A DNA stretch of 52,106 nucleotides, from positions 1 to 52,106 of the forward strand of contig JBDHKN010000020.1 in the NCBI GenBank assembly GCA_039586365.1, given 5' to 3'. The number at the start of each line of letters is the position of its first letter. The stretch's first letter is position 1. This document shows, piece after piece, positions 28,641 to 38,451 of the stretch. A program made the translations under genes and the position numbers. This DNA comes from Gemmatimonadota bacterium (GTDB lineage: Bacteria > Gemmatimonadota > Gemmatimonadetes > Gemmatimonadales > GWC2-71-9). The notes under the pieces were generated by a model, which had not been told where the DNA came from, did not search any database, and worked only from the letters and a program-made list of their open reading frames with translations.

Positions 28641-30392
28641 ATGAGATACAATATTGCCAGGCTGATCGGCACGACATTACCAGTTGTGATGCTGGTAGCC
28701 GCGAACGCAGCGGCTCAGCAGCTGCAGACGCCGGCGGAACGCACGAATTTCCAGGCTGGTCCGACGATGTACGACGACTTGATGGAGTTCGTGTACGAGC
28801 TGGATGCACAAAGCGAGCTGATGCAAGTGCGGAAGATCACCGAGACCCTACGAGGCAGGGATGTAGTCCTCTCTATTCTCTCCAACCCACCGGTCTACCA
28901 AGCATCGGACTTGATCGGTTCAGCCAAACCCGTCGTGCTCATCGTGAACAACGTGCATGGCGGCGAGGTGGCCGGTAAGGACGCCAGTCTCATCCTCATG
29001 AGAGATCTCCTCTTTGGAGAACTGCGTCCGCTACTCGACCGAGCAGTGGTTCTCAACGTTCCCACCATCAATCCGGATGGCGCCGAAGAGCGGCGCAGGA
29101 CCAACGAGCAGAACTTCGACATGAATCGAGACTACCTGAAGCTCGAGTCGCAAGAGATCCAAGCCCTCGTGACAAAGGTGCTCCATGAGTGGCAGCCGGA
29201 CATCCACGTCGACACACATCATGGAGGATCAGTCCCCTACGTGATCACATACCAGACGATAATGAATCCCACTGGGGATCCAGAGATCATGAGGATAGCC
29301 AACGAGCAGATCGTGCCGCGTATCCGCGAATCTCTCAGAGCAGAGGACTACGACGGATTCTGGTACTCCGGACCGCGCTCGCTGAATGGAGTGGCGGGAT
29401 GGGCACCGACTTCGGTGGAGCCGCGCAAACAACACGTGTACTCGGGTCTCGCCAACATAGTGGACTTCCTGTTCGAGACCCCGTCGGGTTCGCATCGTGT
29501 CATCAACAATGGTACTGAGGTCGTCCCTATTCCGCGCGAAGAACGGTATCAGCACCAAGTTCGAGGCCAGTACATCGCCCAGCGCGAATTGATTCGTTTC
29601 GCGGCAGATGAGTCGGAGTTACTGCGACGGACAGTACGCAATGCCAAGGAAATGGCCACCCGGCTCGGGGCCGATGACTCCGACAACGACCAGATCGTCT
29701 TGGAGTACGAACAGGTTGCCAAGATGGAAACCGACATCTGGCGTGCGAAAGGGTGGGCCGACCGTCAGGGTCAAGGTGGCGGACCTCCGGGCCCCGGTGG
29801 TGCCGAACGTGAGGTAGAATACGAACTGCTGCGGCTCCCCGTGTTCACCAAGTTCGAACCGACCCGCACCACGACACGGCCTTGGGGCTACGTATTGCCA
29901 CCGCAACTGGCGACTGTCGTTCCGCTTCTCCTGGATCACGAAATCGCCGTCCAGCGACTGGCGGAGCCGACGAGCCTGGAGGTCGAGGTCTACTACGCCA
30001 CGGAGATTGACAACTCGGAGTTCTTTCAGGGGCACTACCTCAATAAGGTCACGGCGGTGAAGAGGACGGAAACGGCGGAGTTCCCTGCGGGATCCTTCTT
30101 CGTTCCCGCCGGTCAACCGAAGGCGAACTTGATCAGTTACATCCTAGAGCCGGAGACCGACGATAATCTGATCACCTGGGGCTTTCTCGATACATATCTC
30201 CAAGCCATGACCGCTGAGGAAACCCAGGCGTACGTAGAGAGAATGGTTCGGTCTCGTGGCGGGCAAGATGAACAGGGACCGCCTCCGCCCGGTCAACTCG
30301 TCCCAATATACCGGCTGATGAAGAAGACCGACCTCAAGGGTACACTGGTCGAGTCATTCAATTCGTTCGAGCGAAATCGCTACGTAAGGTAA
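28641..30392 (+). CDS. Secreted M14 family zinc carboxypeptidase
   Basis: Signal peptide; VHGGE, NPDG, RTN..FDMNRDY, VDTHH, LFETP; GAGGAG before ATG 28641. Confidence 0.87.
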   Translation: MRYNIARLIGTTLPVVMLVAANAAAQQLQTPAERTNFQAGPTMYDDLMEFVYELDAQSELMQVRKITETLRGRDVVLSILSNPPVYQASDLIGSAKPVVLIVNNVHGGEVAGKDASLILMRDLLFGELRPLLDRAVVLNVPTINPDGAEERRRTNEQNFDMNRDYLKLESQEIQALVTKVLHEWQPDIHVDTHHGGSVPYVITYQTIMNPTGDPEIMRIANEQIVPRIRESLRAEDYDGFWYSGPRSLNGVAGWAPTSVEPRKQHVYSGLANIVDFLFETPSGSHRVINNGTEVVPIPREERYQHQVRGQYIAQRELIRFAADESELLRRTVRNAKEMATRLGADDSDNDQIVLEYEQVAKMETDIWRAKGWADRQGQGGGPPGPGGAEREVEYELLRLPVFTKFEPTRTTTRPWGYVLPPQLATVVPLLLDHEIAVQRLAEPTSLEVEVYYATEIDNSEFFQGHYLNKVTAVKRTETAEFPAGSFFVPAGQPKANLISYILEPETDDNLITWGFLDTYLQAMTAEETQAYVERMVRSRGGQDEQGPPPPGQLVPIYRLMKKTDLKGTLVESFNSFERNRYVR

Positions 30393-30412
30393 GAGACACA
30401 GGTGCGGCTCAA

Positions 30413-30442
30413 TTCCCTCTCCCTTCTCCGGGGGAGAGGGAA
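30413..30442. terminator. Hairpin (terminator or REP-like element)
   Basis: TTCCCTCTCCC-N8-GGGAGAGGGAA 11-bp stem 20 nt after the M14 stop. Confidence 0.55.
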
Positions 30443-30495
30443 CTGCCACGCACGCTTGGCAGCAAGTAGTGCACTAGCGGAGGTAACAGCGATCA

Positions 30496-30693
30496 ATGCC
30501 TAACCCAGTCCTCGGAGTGGTCAAGTGGTGCACTGGCCGTTGGCGTTATCCCCGATTGTTGTTGCTCAGCACCCTCGTATTCGCAGCTGACCTCGTCTTT
30601 CCCGACGTAATCCCGTTCGCCGACGAGATTCTGCTAGGCCTGGTTACAGTGCTCTTGGGCAGCTTCAAGCAGCGCCGAGTCAAACCCGAGTAG
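30496..30693 (+). CDS. Small membrane protein (DUF6116/DUF1232-like)
   Basis: GGAGG RBS; RYPRLLLL..LVF..DLVFPDVIPFADEILLGL. Confidence 0.7.
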   Translation: MPNPVLGVVKWCTGRWRYPRLLLLSTLVFAADLVFPDVIPFADEILLGLVTVLLGSFKQRRVKPE

Positions 30694-30814
30694 GATAGAC
30701 GCGAGCGAAACAGTTGGCGGTCATGAACCAGCCCGTGGTCCCTCAGCCGCATTCAGGCTTGGGGATGTAGGCAACGGCAAGTTGTCTAGCAGTCCAGTTG
30801 TTCCCGGGACTGAC

Positions 30815-31060
30815 TCACAACTCTTCGTCGTCGAGGTCCTCGTCGTCGGGTTCTTCTTCCGACTCCTCGAAGTCCCACTCCTCTTCCTCTTCCTCTTCTT
30901 CGTCCAGCTCGTCCGAATCCTCAGCGAGGTCTGGATCATCGAGGTCGTCGTCTCGCGCATCAAGCAAATGGGGTACCACACCAGTGGGGGTGGCGAAGAA
31001 GCCGTCGTCGGAATCCCAACGAAGTCTACGGATGCTATCGATGGTATCGGGCATACACAA
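30815..31060 (-). CDS. Small highly acidic hypothetical protein
   Basis: C-terminal half almost entirely Asp/Glu. Confidence 0.5.
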   Translation of the reverse strand: MCMPDTIDSIRRLRWDSDDGFFATPTGVVPHLLDARDDDLDDPDLAEDSDELDEEEEEEEEWDFEESEEEPDDEDLDDEEL

Positions 31061-31188
31061 ATCTGCTGGCTGACGCCTCGGTCCACCAGATCCCTCAGGA
31101 GGTAACTACCATCCCAGAGAACCCGGGAGTTTGACCGAAACGCCTCCCACCCCAAGATTGTGCTAGCTCCTCCCTTGGGAGATTCCCC

Positions 31189-31515
31189 GTGCTGAAGCTC
31201 ATCAAATGGTTGTTTCTAATTGGGTTCGTGAGCGTTCTGCTGGCTGGTGGATCGTACGCAGTGGCCCGTTTCAAGGTCGGCCAGATCGTGGGCCCGGCGC
31301 CACCGCTGGCCGGGCGAACCGTGGCGTTTGCATACCGCGGTGTTGAGAACCTCCCCGGGAAACCCCGACTTTGGGTTGTCACGTACAGGATCAGCCGACT
31401 CCCTGGCATACGGAGCGTTGCGATCTACGTGTCCCCTACCGGCAAGCTGGTAGCAACGCGGCCAGCGGATCTAGAGGCACGGTTAGCGGCTTGGGAGCAG
31501 TCACAGGAACCATAG
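31189..31515 (+). CDS. Hypothetical protein with N-terminal TM/signal helix
   Basis: GGAG before GTG; hydrophobic N-terminus; IYVSPTGKLVATRP.DL. Confidence 0.7.
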   Translation: MLKLIKWLFLIGFVSVLLAGGSYAVARFKVGQIVGPAPPLAGRTVAFAYRGVENLPGKPRLWVVTYRISRLPGIRSVAIYVSPTGKLVATRPADLEARLAAWEQSQEP

Positions 31516-31586
31516 GCTGAGCTCTACCCCTGCCCGGACACCAGGGGAAACACCCCACAGGACTGGGCAGTACATGTCCGCATTCG

Positions 31587-31648
31587 ACACCTTGACAGCT
31601 TAGGTATGCATCTGCAGATTCTCAAGAACACCTAAGCTGTTTGGGTAT
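31587..31648 (+). promoter_or_regulatory. sigma70 promoter with two candidate PadR operators
   Basis: TTGACA (31592)-N17-CAGATT; imperfect palindromes ACACCTTGACAGCTTAGGTAT (31587-31607) and ACACCTAAGCTGTTTGGGTAT (31628-31648). Confidence 0.65.
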
Positions 31649-31991
31649 TGAATTGAGCCTCAATGATGGCGATCTGATCTCGGGCACCCTGGACGTTCTG
31701 GTTCTCAAGGCGTTGAGTTGGGGCCCCAAGCACGGGTACGGGATTGGTCGGTGGATCGGCGAGAGTACTGACGCCACTGTCGCAGTCGAGGAGGGCGCTC
31801 TGTACCCTGCTCTGCATCGGATGGAGCGGCGTGGTTGGCTCGAGTCGAAGTGGGGCAAGACCGAACTCGGGCGCCGAGCCAAGTTCTACGGGCTCACGCC
31901 TAGGGGCCACAAGCAGTTGATCGCCCAAACCAAACGGTGGCACAGCTACTCACAAGCTGTATCGCTATTGCTCGACAGACCGTCCGCCTGA
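31641..31991 (+). CDS. PadR family transcriptional regulator (ADOP-associated type)
   Basis: GTLDVLVLKAL.WGP.HGYGI, EEGALYPALHR, RRAKFY.LT; exact start uncertain. Confidence 0.92.
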   Translation: MGIELSLNDGDLISGTLDVLVLKALSWGPKHGYGIGRWIGESTDATVAVEEGALYPALHRMERRGWLESKWGKTELGRRAKFYGLTPRGHKQLIAQTKRWHSYSQAVSLLLDRPSA

Positions 31992-31994
31992 CTC

Positions 31995-34673
31995 GTGATG
32001 CGGCTGCCCCATGGTATCCGACGCCTGTTCAACTTGGAATCCGGCGCCACTGCGCCACAAGAAGACATCCGCACAGAGTTGGATTTTCCCCTCGATATGC
32101 AGACTCGGGAACTCATCGGTGAAGGGTGGACGCAGGAGGAAGCGCGACGAGAAGCCGAGCGACGGTTTGGCCGCGTGATCCGAATAGAAAGCGACCTCAG
32201 GCAGGCGCACCGAAGCGAGCCGCGACGGCACATCGCGTCATTGTTGAACGCCACCCGCCAGGACTTGGGTTTCGCGCTCCGCACGCTCTCTCGGACTCCG
32301 GGATACACTGCGGTGGCCGTACTCACGCTCGGGCTCGGCATCGGCGCGAACACGGCGATGTTCACGCTCGTCGACGGCGTGCTGATGCGCCCCCTTCCCT
32401 ACCAGGACGCCGACCGCCTCGTCACTCTGTGGTCTAGTAGCCTCTCGCGAGGCCCGTACACTCGCAGCCCAGTGTCCTACCCGGATTTCCGGGACTGGCG
32501 CTCCCAAGCGACGAGTTTCGAAGGCATGGCCATGCTATACGGGCACGACGTGGTGCTGCGCGAGCGCGAAGGTCCAACTCCCCTCCTCGTGGCTGCCGTA
32601 TCCGGGGATTACTTCGAGCTGTTACGGGCCCGCGCCGTGCTGGGAAGACCGTTCAGCCAAAGTGGGGTGAGCGAGAACCCGCAGGTAGCAGTCCTCAAGT
32701 ACGGAACTTGGCAGCGCAGGTTTGGCGGCGATCCCGCTATCGTCGGGAGGACCATTACGCTCGACGACATGATCTACACAATCGTGGGAGTCCTGGACCA
32801 AGGCCGGGACTTCCCCGGCTGGGGAGAAATGTGGATACCGCTCAGCCCGGAGATCATCGCGCGCCATAATCTGGAGCACAGGGGACAGCGGATCGACACG
32901 TGGGTCCTCGCACGCCTGAGACCCGGTGTCGACTCCGCCGCCGCTTCGGCCGAACTGCAGGCCATTGCCAATCGCCTGGCACAAGCCTATCCCGAGACCA
33001 ACATTGAGTGGAGTACGTTGATTGCTCCACTGCACCAGATCGTCATCGACCCTTGGGGAACCAACGCGAGTATGCCCCGTTCCCTGCTGTTGCTGAACGG
33101 AGCTGTCGCACTGGTTCTACTAATTGCATGCGCCAACGTCGCGAATCTATCAATGGCACGAGTGCTCCATCGGCGCAGAGAATTGGCCATCCGTACTGCG
33201 CTCGGTGCCGGGCGTTGGCGACTGGTGAGGCATTTGCTCACTGAGAGCCTGATCGTCACCGCCACGGGAGCCACCCTCGGTGTGGTCTTTGCACGGTGGG
33301 CGGTGAGTCTCATCCTCCTGCGTGGCCCGGCCCTGCCCCGTGCACCTGAGATCGCCGTCGACCTGCGGGTCCTGTTGTTTACCGCCGGACTGGTGGGAGT
33401 GACAACTCTGGTGTTTGGGATCCTACCGGCGTTCCGAGGTGCAGGCACCGGCTTCGCGGAGCTGAGAGACGGCCCGCGCGGAGCCATCGGAGGCATGAGC
33501 GGCAAACGGCTTCAGTCGGTGCTCGTCACCTCGCAGGTCGGTTTCGCACTGCTCCTACTCACAGGGGCGGGGTTGCTGATAGAGAGCCTAAGGAGCTTGC
33601 AGCGCGTTGATGCCGGATTCGCGGTCGAGAATCTGCTCGTGCTGAGAACTCAGGCGCAGTCCCCACCATATTCGACAGACGAGCAGCTCTTGGACCTTCA
33701 TCGGCGGCTGGAAGAAGCAGTAGAGAACATCCCAGGTGTAATTGCCGCGTCTACCGTGAACCACGTGCCTGGCGGCGGGATGGTAATAAGCAGGATCGAG
33801 GCGCTGGGCCTCGACACCTCGCTGAGCGTCACTTTCCGGACCGCGGCGGCCGACTACATCGAGACCATGGGCATACCGGTCCGCGAAGGGCGCAGTCTGA
33901 CTGACGCGGACATGATCCCGTGGAACGGATCCATCTTAATCAATGAGCGCCTCGCCAGCATCCTGGGCAACGCACTCGGGAGGCGCGTCACAGTATTCAA
34001 GCAGAAACCGGGCCCCGACTTTGGGAAGCCGCTCGAAGGCACCGTCATTGGAATCATCGGCGACGTGCGTGGCTCCCTCGCCCAACGAGTGTCACCGTAC
34101 ACCGTCTACCTGCCGAACACTGTGAACCCCTGGCAGAGTGCCACGCTAGTCGTGCGCACCGACCAAACCGTACAGAACCCCGCCGTGCTGGTGAGGGAGG
34201 CTGTGCTGCGGGTGGATCCCAACCTACCCGTGATACAGCTCCGCATGATGGAAGACCAGATGTACGACTCGTTGGCGCAACAGAGGTTTGCCGTGCTGCT
34301 CATGGGTGCGTTCGCGAGTGCCGCTCTCCTCCTCGCAGCATTGGGCCTCTACGGTGTACTCGCCTACCTGGTGCGCCAGCGCTCCCGTGAGATCAGCGTA
34401 CGGATGGCGCTCGGTGCACGTCAAGTCGATGTTGTTCGCCTTGTGGTGAAGCGCGCAATGATCATCGTCGGAGTCGGGGTAGTGGCGGGGCTCACTGCTG
34501 CCACAATGCTCACAAGAGTAATGTCGTCACTGCTTTTTGACGTGTCGCCAACGGATCCGGTGACATTCCTCACGGTCACGGGCGTCCTGGTGTGCGTGGC
34601 AGTGGTTGCAAGCTACTTCCCAGCCCGCCGCGCTGCGAGCCTGGATCCCATGCAGGTCTTGCGAGACGGCTGA
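31995..34673 (+). CDS. ADOP-type duplicated ABC transporter permease (MacB/FtsX)
   Basis: EARREAERRFG, LTLGLGIGANTAMF, LLIACANVANL, RELAIRTALGAGR, C-terminal PARRAASLDPMQVLR. Confidence 0.92.
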   Translation: MMRLPHGIRRLFNLESGATAPQEDIRTELDFPLDMQTRELIGEGWTQEEARREAERRFGRVIRIESDLRQAHRSEPRRHIASLLNATRQDLGFALRTLSRTPGYTAVAVLTLGLGIGANTAMFTLVDGVLMRPLPYQDADRLVTLWSSSLSRGPYTRSPVSYPDFRDWRSQATSFEGMAMLYGHDVVLREREGPTPLLVAAVSGDYFELLRARAVLGRPFSQSGVSENPQVAVLKYGTWQRRFGGDPAIVGRTITLDDMIYTIVGVLDQGRDFPGWGEMWIPLSPEIIARHNLEHRGQRIDTWVLARLRPGVDSAAASAELQAIANRLAQAYPETNIEWSTLIAPLHQIVIDPWGTNASMPRSLLLLNGAVALVLLIACANVANLSMARVLHRRRELAIRTALGAGRWRLVRHLLTESLIVTATGATLGVVFARWAVSLILLRGPALPRAPEIAVDLRVLLFTAGLVGVTTLVFGILPAFRGAGTGFAELRDGPRGAIGGMSGKRLQSVLVTSQVGFALLLLTGAGLLIESLRSLQRVDAGFAVENLLVLRTQAQSPPYSTDEQLLDLHRRLEEAVENIPGVIAASTVNHVPGGGMVISRIEALGLDTSLSVTFRTAAADYIETMGIPVREGRSLTDADMIPWNGSILINERLASILGNALGRRVTVFKQKPGPDFGKPLEGTVIGIIGDVRGSLAQRVSPYTVYLPNTVNPWQSATLVVRTDQTVQNPAVLVREAVLRVDPNLPVIQLRMMEDQMYDSLAQQRFAVLLMGAFASAALLLAALGLYGVLAYLVRQRSREISVRMALGARQVDVVRLVVKRAMIIVGVGVVAGLTAATMLTRVMSSLLFDVSPTDPVTFLTVTGVLVCVAVVASYFPARRAASLDPMQVLRDG

Positions 34674-34883
34674 GGGACGGTCTACCTATCTGAGAATCTA
34701 CGGTCCCTGCGACCCGATCCAACGATTCTTACGCCCTGCACGTATAGAATAGATGAACAATGCCCGACGGCGGATATCTCCTACACCTTGATCCACCTGG
34801 GTACGCAGAGCATCTTGAGACATCTGTCCACTCCAAAGCCACTCCCGGGAGGCCGTCGTCTCCCGTCAACTGGAGGCAAACGC

Positions 34884-37484
34884 ATGATTTCGTATAAGCG
34901 CATTCGCTCCGGCGTTCTTGCGGCTGGTCTCTTCCTTGCTGCCGCCATGCCTTTCAGCGTGCAAGGCCAGGCAATCGACTCCATCCTTGCTACCGAGACT
35001 TTCTTGCGACCGCCACCGGAGATCGCCGAAGCAGTGTTGGCACCGCGCCACCTGAACGCGACACTCGGGAATCCGAGCCCGGATGGGCGGTTCTTTGTCA
35101 ATGAGATCGGCGGCGGTATGCCGACCCAAGCTCTGTTCGCCAAGCCGTTCTATCGGCTGGGCGGCGAGCAAATCGACTGGCGCGCGAACCGCTCGCGCAT
35201 GCTTACTATCCGCGGAGATGTAGGAATCGAGGTAGTTGACGGGCAGACAGGCGATGCAGTATCGATCCAGGTACCACAAGGGGCACGCGTTTCGGAGCCG
35301 AAATGGTCGCCGGACGGATCCAAGATCGCCTTCTTTGTTCACTCGGAAGAGGCCACACACGTATACGTGGCTGACCCGTCGAACGGCAGGGCGCGACAGG
35401 TAACCCGCTCACCCGTCCTGGCTACTGTATACACGTCATTCGAGTGGACGCCCGACTCGCGGTCGATTTTGACGGTATTGGTGCCGGAGGATCGGGGCGC
35501 ACCACCGGCGGAACCGGCGGTACCGACCGGACCTCAGGTCCGCATCACGACGCCCGAGACCAATTCGATTCGCACCTATCCGGATCTGCTGGAGACTGCC
35601 TACGAAAAGACGCTGCTGGAGTACTACTCGACTGGCCAACTCGTGGCCATCGATGTTGATCGCCGCAGAGCACGGCCTATCGGTGATCCTGCAATGATCC
35701 GCGGTGTGCAGGTGTCTCCCGACGGCATGCACGCGATCGTGAACACGCGGACCAAGCCGTTCTCCTACATCGTGCCGGCGCGTCAGGCCGGTAGCCTGGA
35801 AGAGGTCTGGAACCTCGAGAACGGCGACGTTCTGGCGTTGCTGAGCGAGCAGGAACTGAACGAGGGAGCCCCGAACGACACTACGGACAACGACGACGCC
35901 GATCCGGAAAAGCGCGGTTTCTCTTGGCGACCTGACGAACAGGGACTGAGTTTCCTTCAGGCGGTCCCCCGCGAGCCGGGCGACACGGCTCAAGCCGACA
36001 GCGCTACGGCCGGCCCTCAGCCACCGGGCGCACGTGGGGGTGGAGGTGCGCGGCGGGCGGACCGAGTATTCCAGTGGTTGCCGCCCTTCGACACGACCTC
36101 AATGACCATGCTCTATCGCGCCAACAATCGCCTCTCCAGCGTGCGGTACTCGGCCGATGCGGAGATCTTGTTCCTGACTGAACAAACCGGTGAGAACGTG
36201 CACGAGTACGCCGTTTTCATGAGCGATCCGTCAGAACGTTATACGATCTTCCGCGGTGAGCGACCCCGCTTCGGCCGCGGTGGTGGGGGCAACAGGATCG
36301 TCACGAAGACGTTGGATAACGGGGCCACCGCGGTTCACGTTACCCCTGATGGAGAGCATGTCTTCCTTACAGGTGTCGACAATGCCGACGACCCGATGGA
36401 AGAAGGCCCGCAGTCTTTCATCGACAAGATCGAGATCAAGACTGGGGAGAAAGACCGCATCTACGAGAGTGAGAATGACGGGGTCTGGGAACGTGTGATC
36501 GATGTATTGAATGACGACGCGACCGAGCTTCTCGTGTCGCGCGAGGGACCTACTGACGTGCCGGACTCCTATGTCCGCAACGTGGCGACAGGGGAATTCA
36601 GACAACTCACAGAGAACACCGACTACACGCCCGACCTGACGAACGCACAACGCAGGCGCATCATGGTCGAACGGGTTGATGGTTTCGAGTTGGCTGTGAA
36701 TGTGACGCTACCCCAAGATTGGCAGCCCGGCGAGAAGCTGCCTGGCATGATCTGGTTCTATCCCAGGGAGTACACCGACCAGGACAACTACAACGAGACA
36801 CTCGAGCGGTGGAATAAGAATCAGTTCCCGAACATCGGTACGCGTTCAATGGAGATTCTGGTTAGGGCAGGTTACGCGATAATCCAGCCGGATGCACCCA
36901 TAGTAGGCGACCAGGGTCGGATGAACGACAACTATGTGCACGACCTGCGCAACAATCTGGCAGCAGTGATCGACTTTGTAGATTCCGAGGGCCTAGCCGA
37001 TCGCAATCGACTCGGAATCGGCGGTCACAGCTATGGCGCGTTCAGTACTTTCAATGCCATGGTACACACGCCGTTCTTCAAGGCTGGCATCGCAGGAGAC
37101 GGCAACAACAACCGGACACTCACACCGTTTTCGTTCCAAAACGAGCGACGCTCTTTGTGGGAGGCCACGGAGGTCTACCTCGAGATGTCTCCGTTCTTCA
37201 ATGCCGACCACATGAACGGCGCGTTGCTCATGTACCACGGTGAGCACGACCAGAACGTGGGTACGTTCCCGATTCATTCGTGGCGGCTGTTCGAAGCCAT
37301 GGAAGCACTGGGCAAGACATCGTCGCTCTACGTTTACCCATTCGAAGACCACGGTCCGGCGACTCAGGAGACCCTACTGGACCTGTGGGCGCGATGGACG
37401 GCGTGGCTGGACAAGTACGTGAAGAATGCCGGCACTGACAAGGAGAAGCCGGTCACAGAGGACGCCTCCGCCACGGGGAAATGA
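34884..37484 (+). CDS. Secreted S9 family (prolyl oligopeptidase-like) peptidase
   Basis: GGAGG before ATG 34884; GGHSYGAF nucleophile, NRTLTPFSFQNE, HGEHDQN, PFEDH. Confidence 0.9.
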   Translation: MISYKRIRSGVLAAGLFLAAAMPFSVQGQAIDSILATETFLRPPPEIAEAVLAPRHLNATLGNPSPDGRFFVNEIGGGMPTQALFAKPFYRLGGEQIDWRANRSRMLTIRGDVGIEVVDGQTGDAVSIQVPQGARVSEPKWSPDGSKIAFFVHSEEATHVYVADPSNGRARQVTRSPVLATVYTSFEWTPDSRSILTVLVPEDRGAPPAEPAVPTGPQVRITTPETNSIRTYPDLLETAYEKTLLEYYSTGQLVAIDVDRRRARPIGDPAMIRGVQVSPDGMHAIVNTRTKPFSYIVPARQAGSLEEVWNLENGDVLALLSEQELNEGAPNDTTDNDDADPEKRGFSWRPDEQGLSFLQAVPREPGDTAQADSATAGPQPPGARGGGGARRADRVFQWLPPFDTTSMTMLYRANNRLSSVRYSADAEILFLTEQTGENVHEYAVFMSDPSERYTIFRGERPRFGRGGGGNRIVTKTLDNGATAVHVTPDGEHVFLTGVDNADDPMEEGPQSFIDKIEIKTGEKDRIYESENDGVWERVIDVLNDDATELLVSREGPTDVPDSYVRNVATGEFRQLTENTDYTPDLTNAQRRRIMVERVDGFELAVNVTLPQDWQPGEKLPGMIWFYPREYTDQDNYNETLERWNKNQFPNIGTRSMEILVRAGYAIIQPDAPIVGDQGRMNDNYVHDLRNNLAAVIDFVDSEGLADRNRLGIGGHSYGAFSTFNAMVHTPFFKAGIAGDGNNNRTLTPFSFQNERRSLWEATEVYLEMSPFFNADHMNGALLMYHGEHDQNVGTFPIHSWRLFEAMEALGKTSSLYVYPFEDHGPATQETLLDLWARWTAWLDKYVKNAGTDKEKPVTEDASATGK

Positions 37485-37554
37485 GCGAGAAGGAACCGGA
37501 CTGCAGCCTAGAATTGTAGGGTCATTAGACCAACAACTGCATCACTGAGTAAAG

Positions 37555-37583
37555 AGCCGGGAGGTCCACTCCCTCCCGGCTTT
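37555..37583 (+). terminator. Probable bidirectional intrinsic terminator
   Basis: AGCCGGGAGG-N7-CCTCCCGGCT flanked by AAAG and TTTC between convergent genes. Confidence 0.65.
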
Positions 37584-37650
37584 CCCATCTTCTCAACCCA
37601 TGCTCGAAACCGGCCGATAGCGGATAGCCACCAGCCGTCACCTGTCCGCC

Positions 37651-38385
37651 CTACCACACTAGCCTGATCGCCATCATCAGCAATGCAATCCCCAGCACCA
37701 CACGGATCGATCGGTCACCACCTTTGACCGAAACCCGGGTTGCCACGATCGCGCCGGTGGAATTGCCGACTGCGAGCGCGATTGCCGTGGGCCAGGCAAC
37801 GTTGCCAGTGATGGCAAAGACCATGAGAGCCGGGACGCTGAACACCAATACTACCAACACTTTGTGCATGTTCGTTCGAACCAGGTCAAAGCGAAGGAAC
37901 TGGTGCAGCACTATCATGATCAGGAAACCGACACCGGCCTGAATGAATCCGCCGTAGAAGCCAACCGCAAAGAACGACAGGAAGGCGACCAGCCGAGCAT
38001 GTTGTGGCGTGTCACGTCGCTGCTCCCCGTTTCGCCGCGGCACGAGCAAGCCGATCACGGCGATGACCAGCACGCCCGCGAGAATTGCTCGGAAGAGATC
38101 TTCGCTCACGGTGATTGCCACTAGGGCGCCCGCGACTGCACCTGGCACCGTCGTTAGGGCAAAGGCCAGACCGGTCCGCATGTCCGTGTACCCGTGCCGC
38201 CGAAAGGCTACGACTGCCGTGAGGTTCTGTGCGAGGATTGCGACACGGTTTGTGCCGTTGGCAACGGCTACCGGGAGCCCGAGGAAGATGAGCATCGGTA
38301 GGGTCATGAGCGACCCACCGCCCGCCATCACATTGAGGAAGCCCGCAATGATACCGATGCCAAAGACCGTGATATGAATCAACAC
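37651..38385 (-). CDS. TSUP family (TauE/SafE sulfite exporter-like) transporter
   Basis: AGFLNVMAGGGSL.TLP.L, ANGTNR, GFYGGFIQAGVG. Confidence 0.9.
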   Translation of the reverse strand: MLIHITVFGIGIIAGFLNVMAGGGSLMTLPMLIFLGLPVAVANGTNRVAILAQNLTAVVAFRRHGYTDMRTGLAFALTTVPGAVAGALVAITVSEDLFRAILAGVLVIAVIGLLVPRRNGEQRRDTPQHARLVAFLSFFAVGFYGGFIQAGVGFLIMIVLHQFLRFDLVRTNMHKVLVVLVFSVPALMVFAITGNVAWPTAIALAVGNSTGAIVATRVSVKGGDRSIRVVLGIALLMMAIRLVW

Positions 38386-38451
38386 GGTCGGAAGCTAGTC
38401 TGTCCCGAGACTGTTATCCATTCATGCTGAATAGCCGCAGTCACCGTCGAA

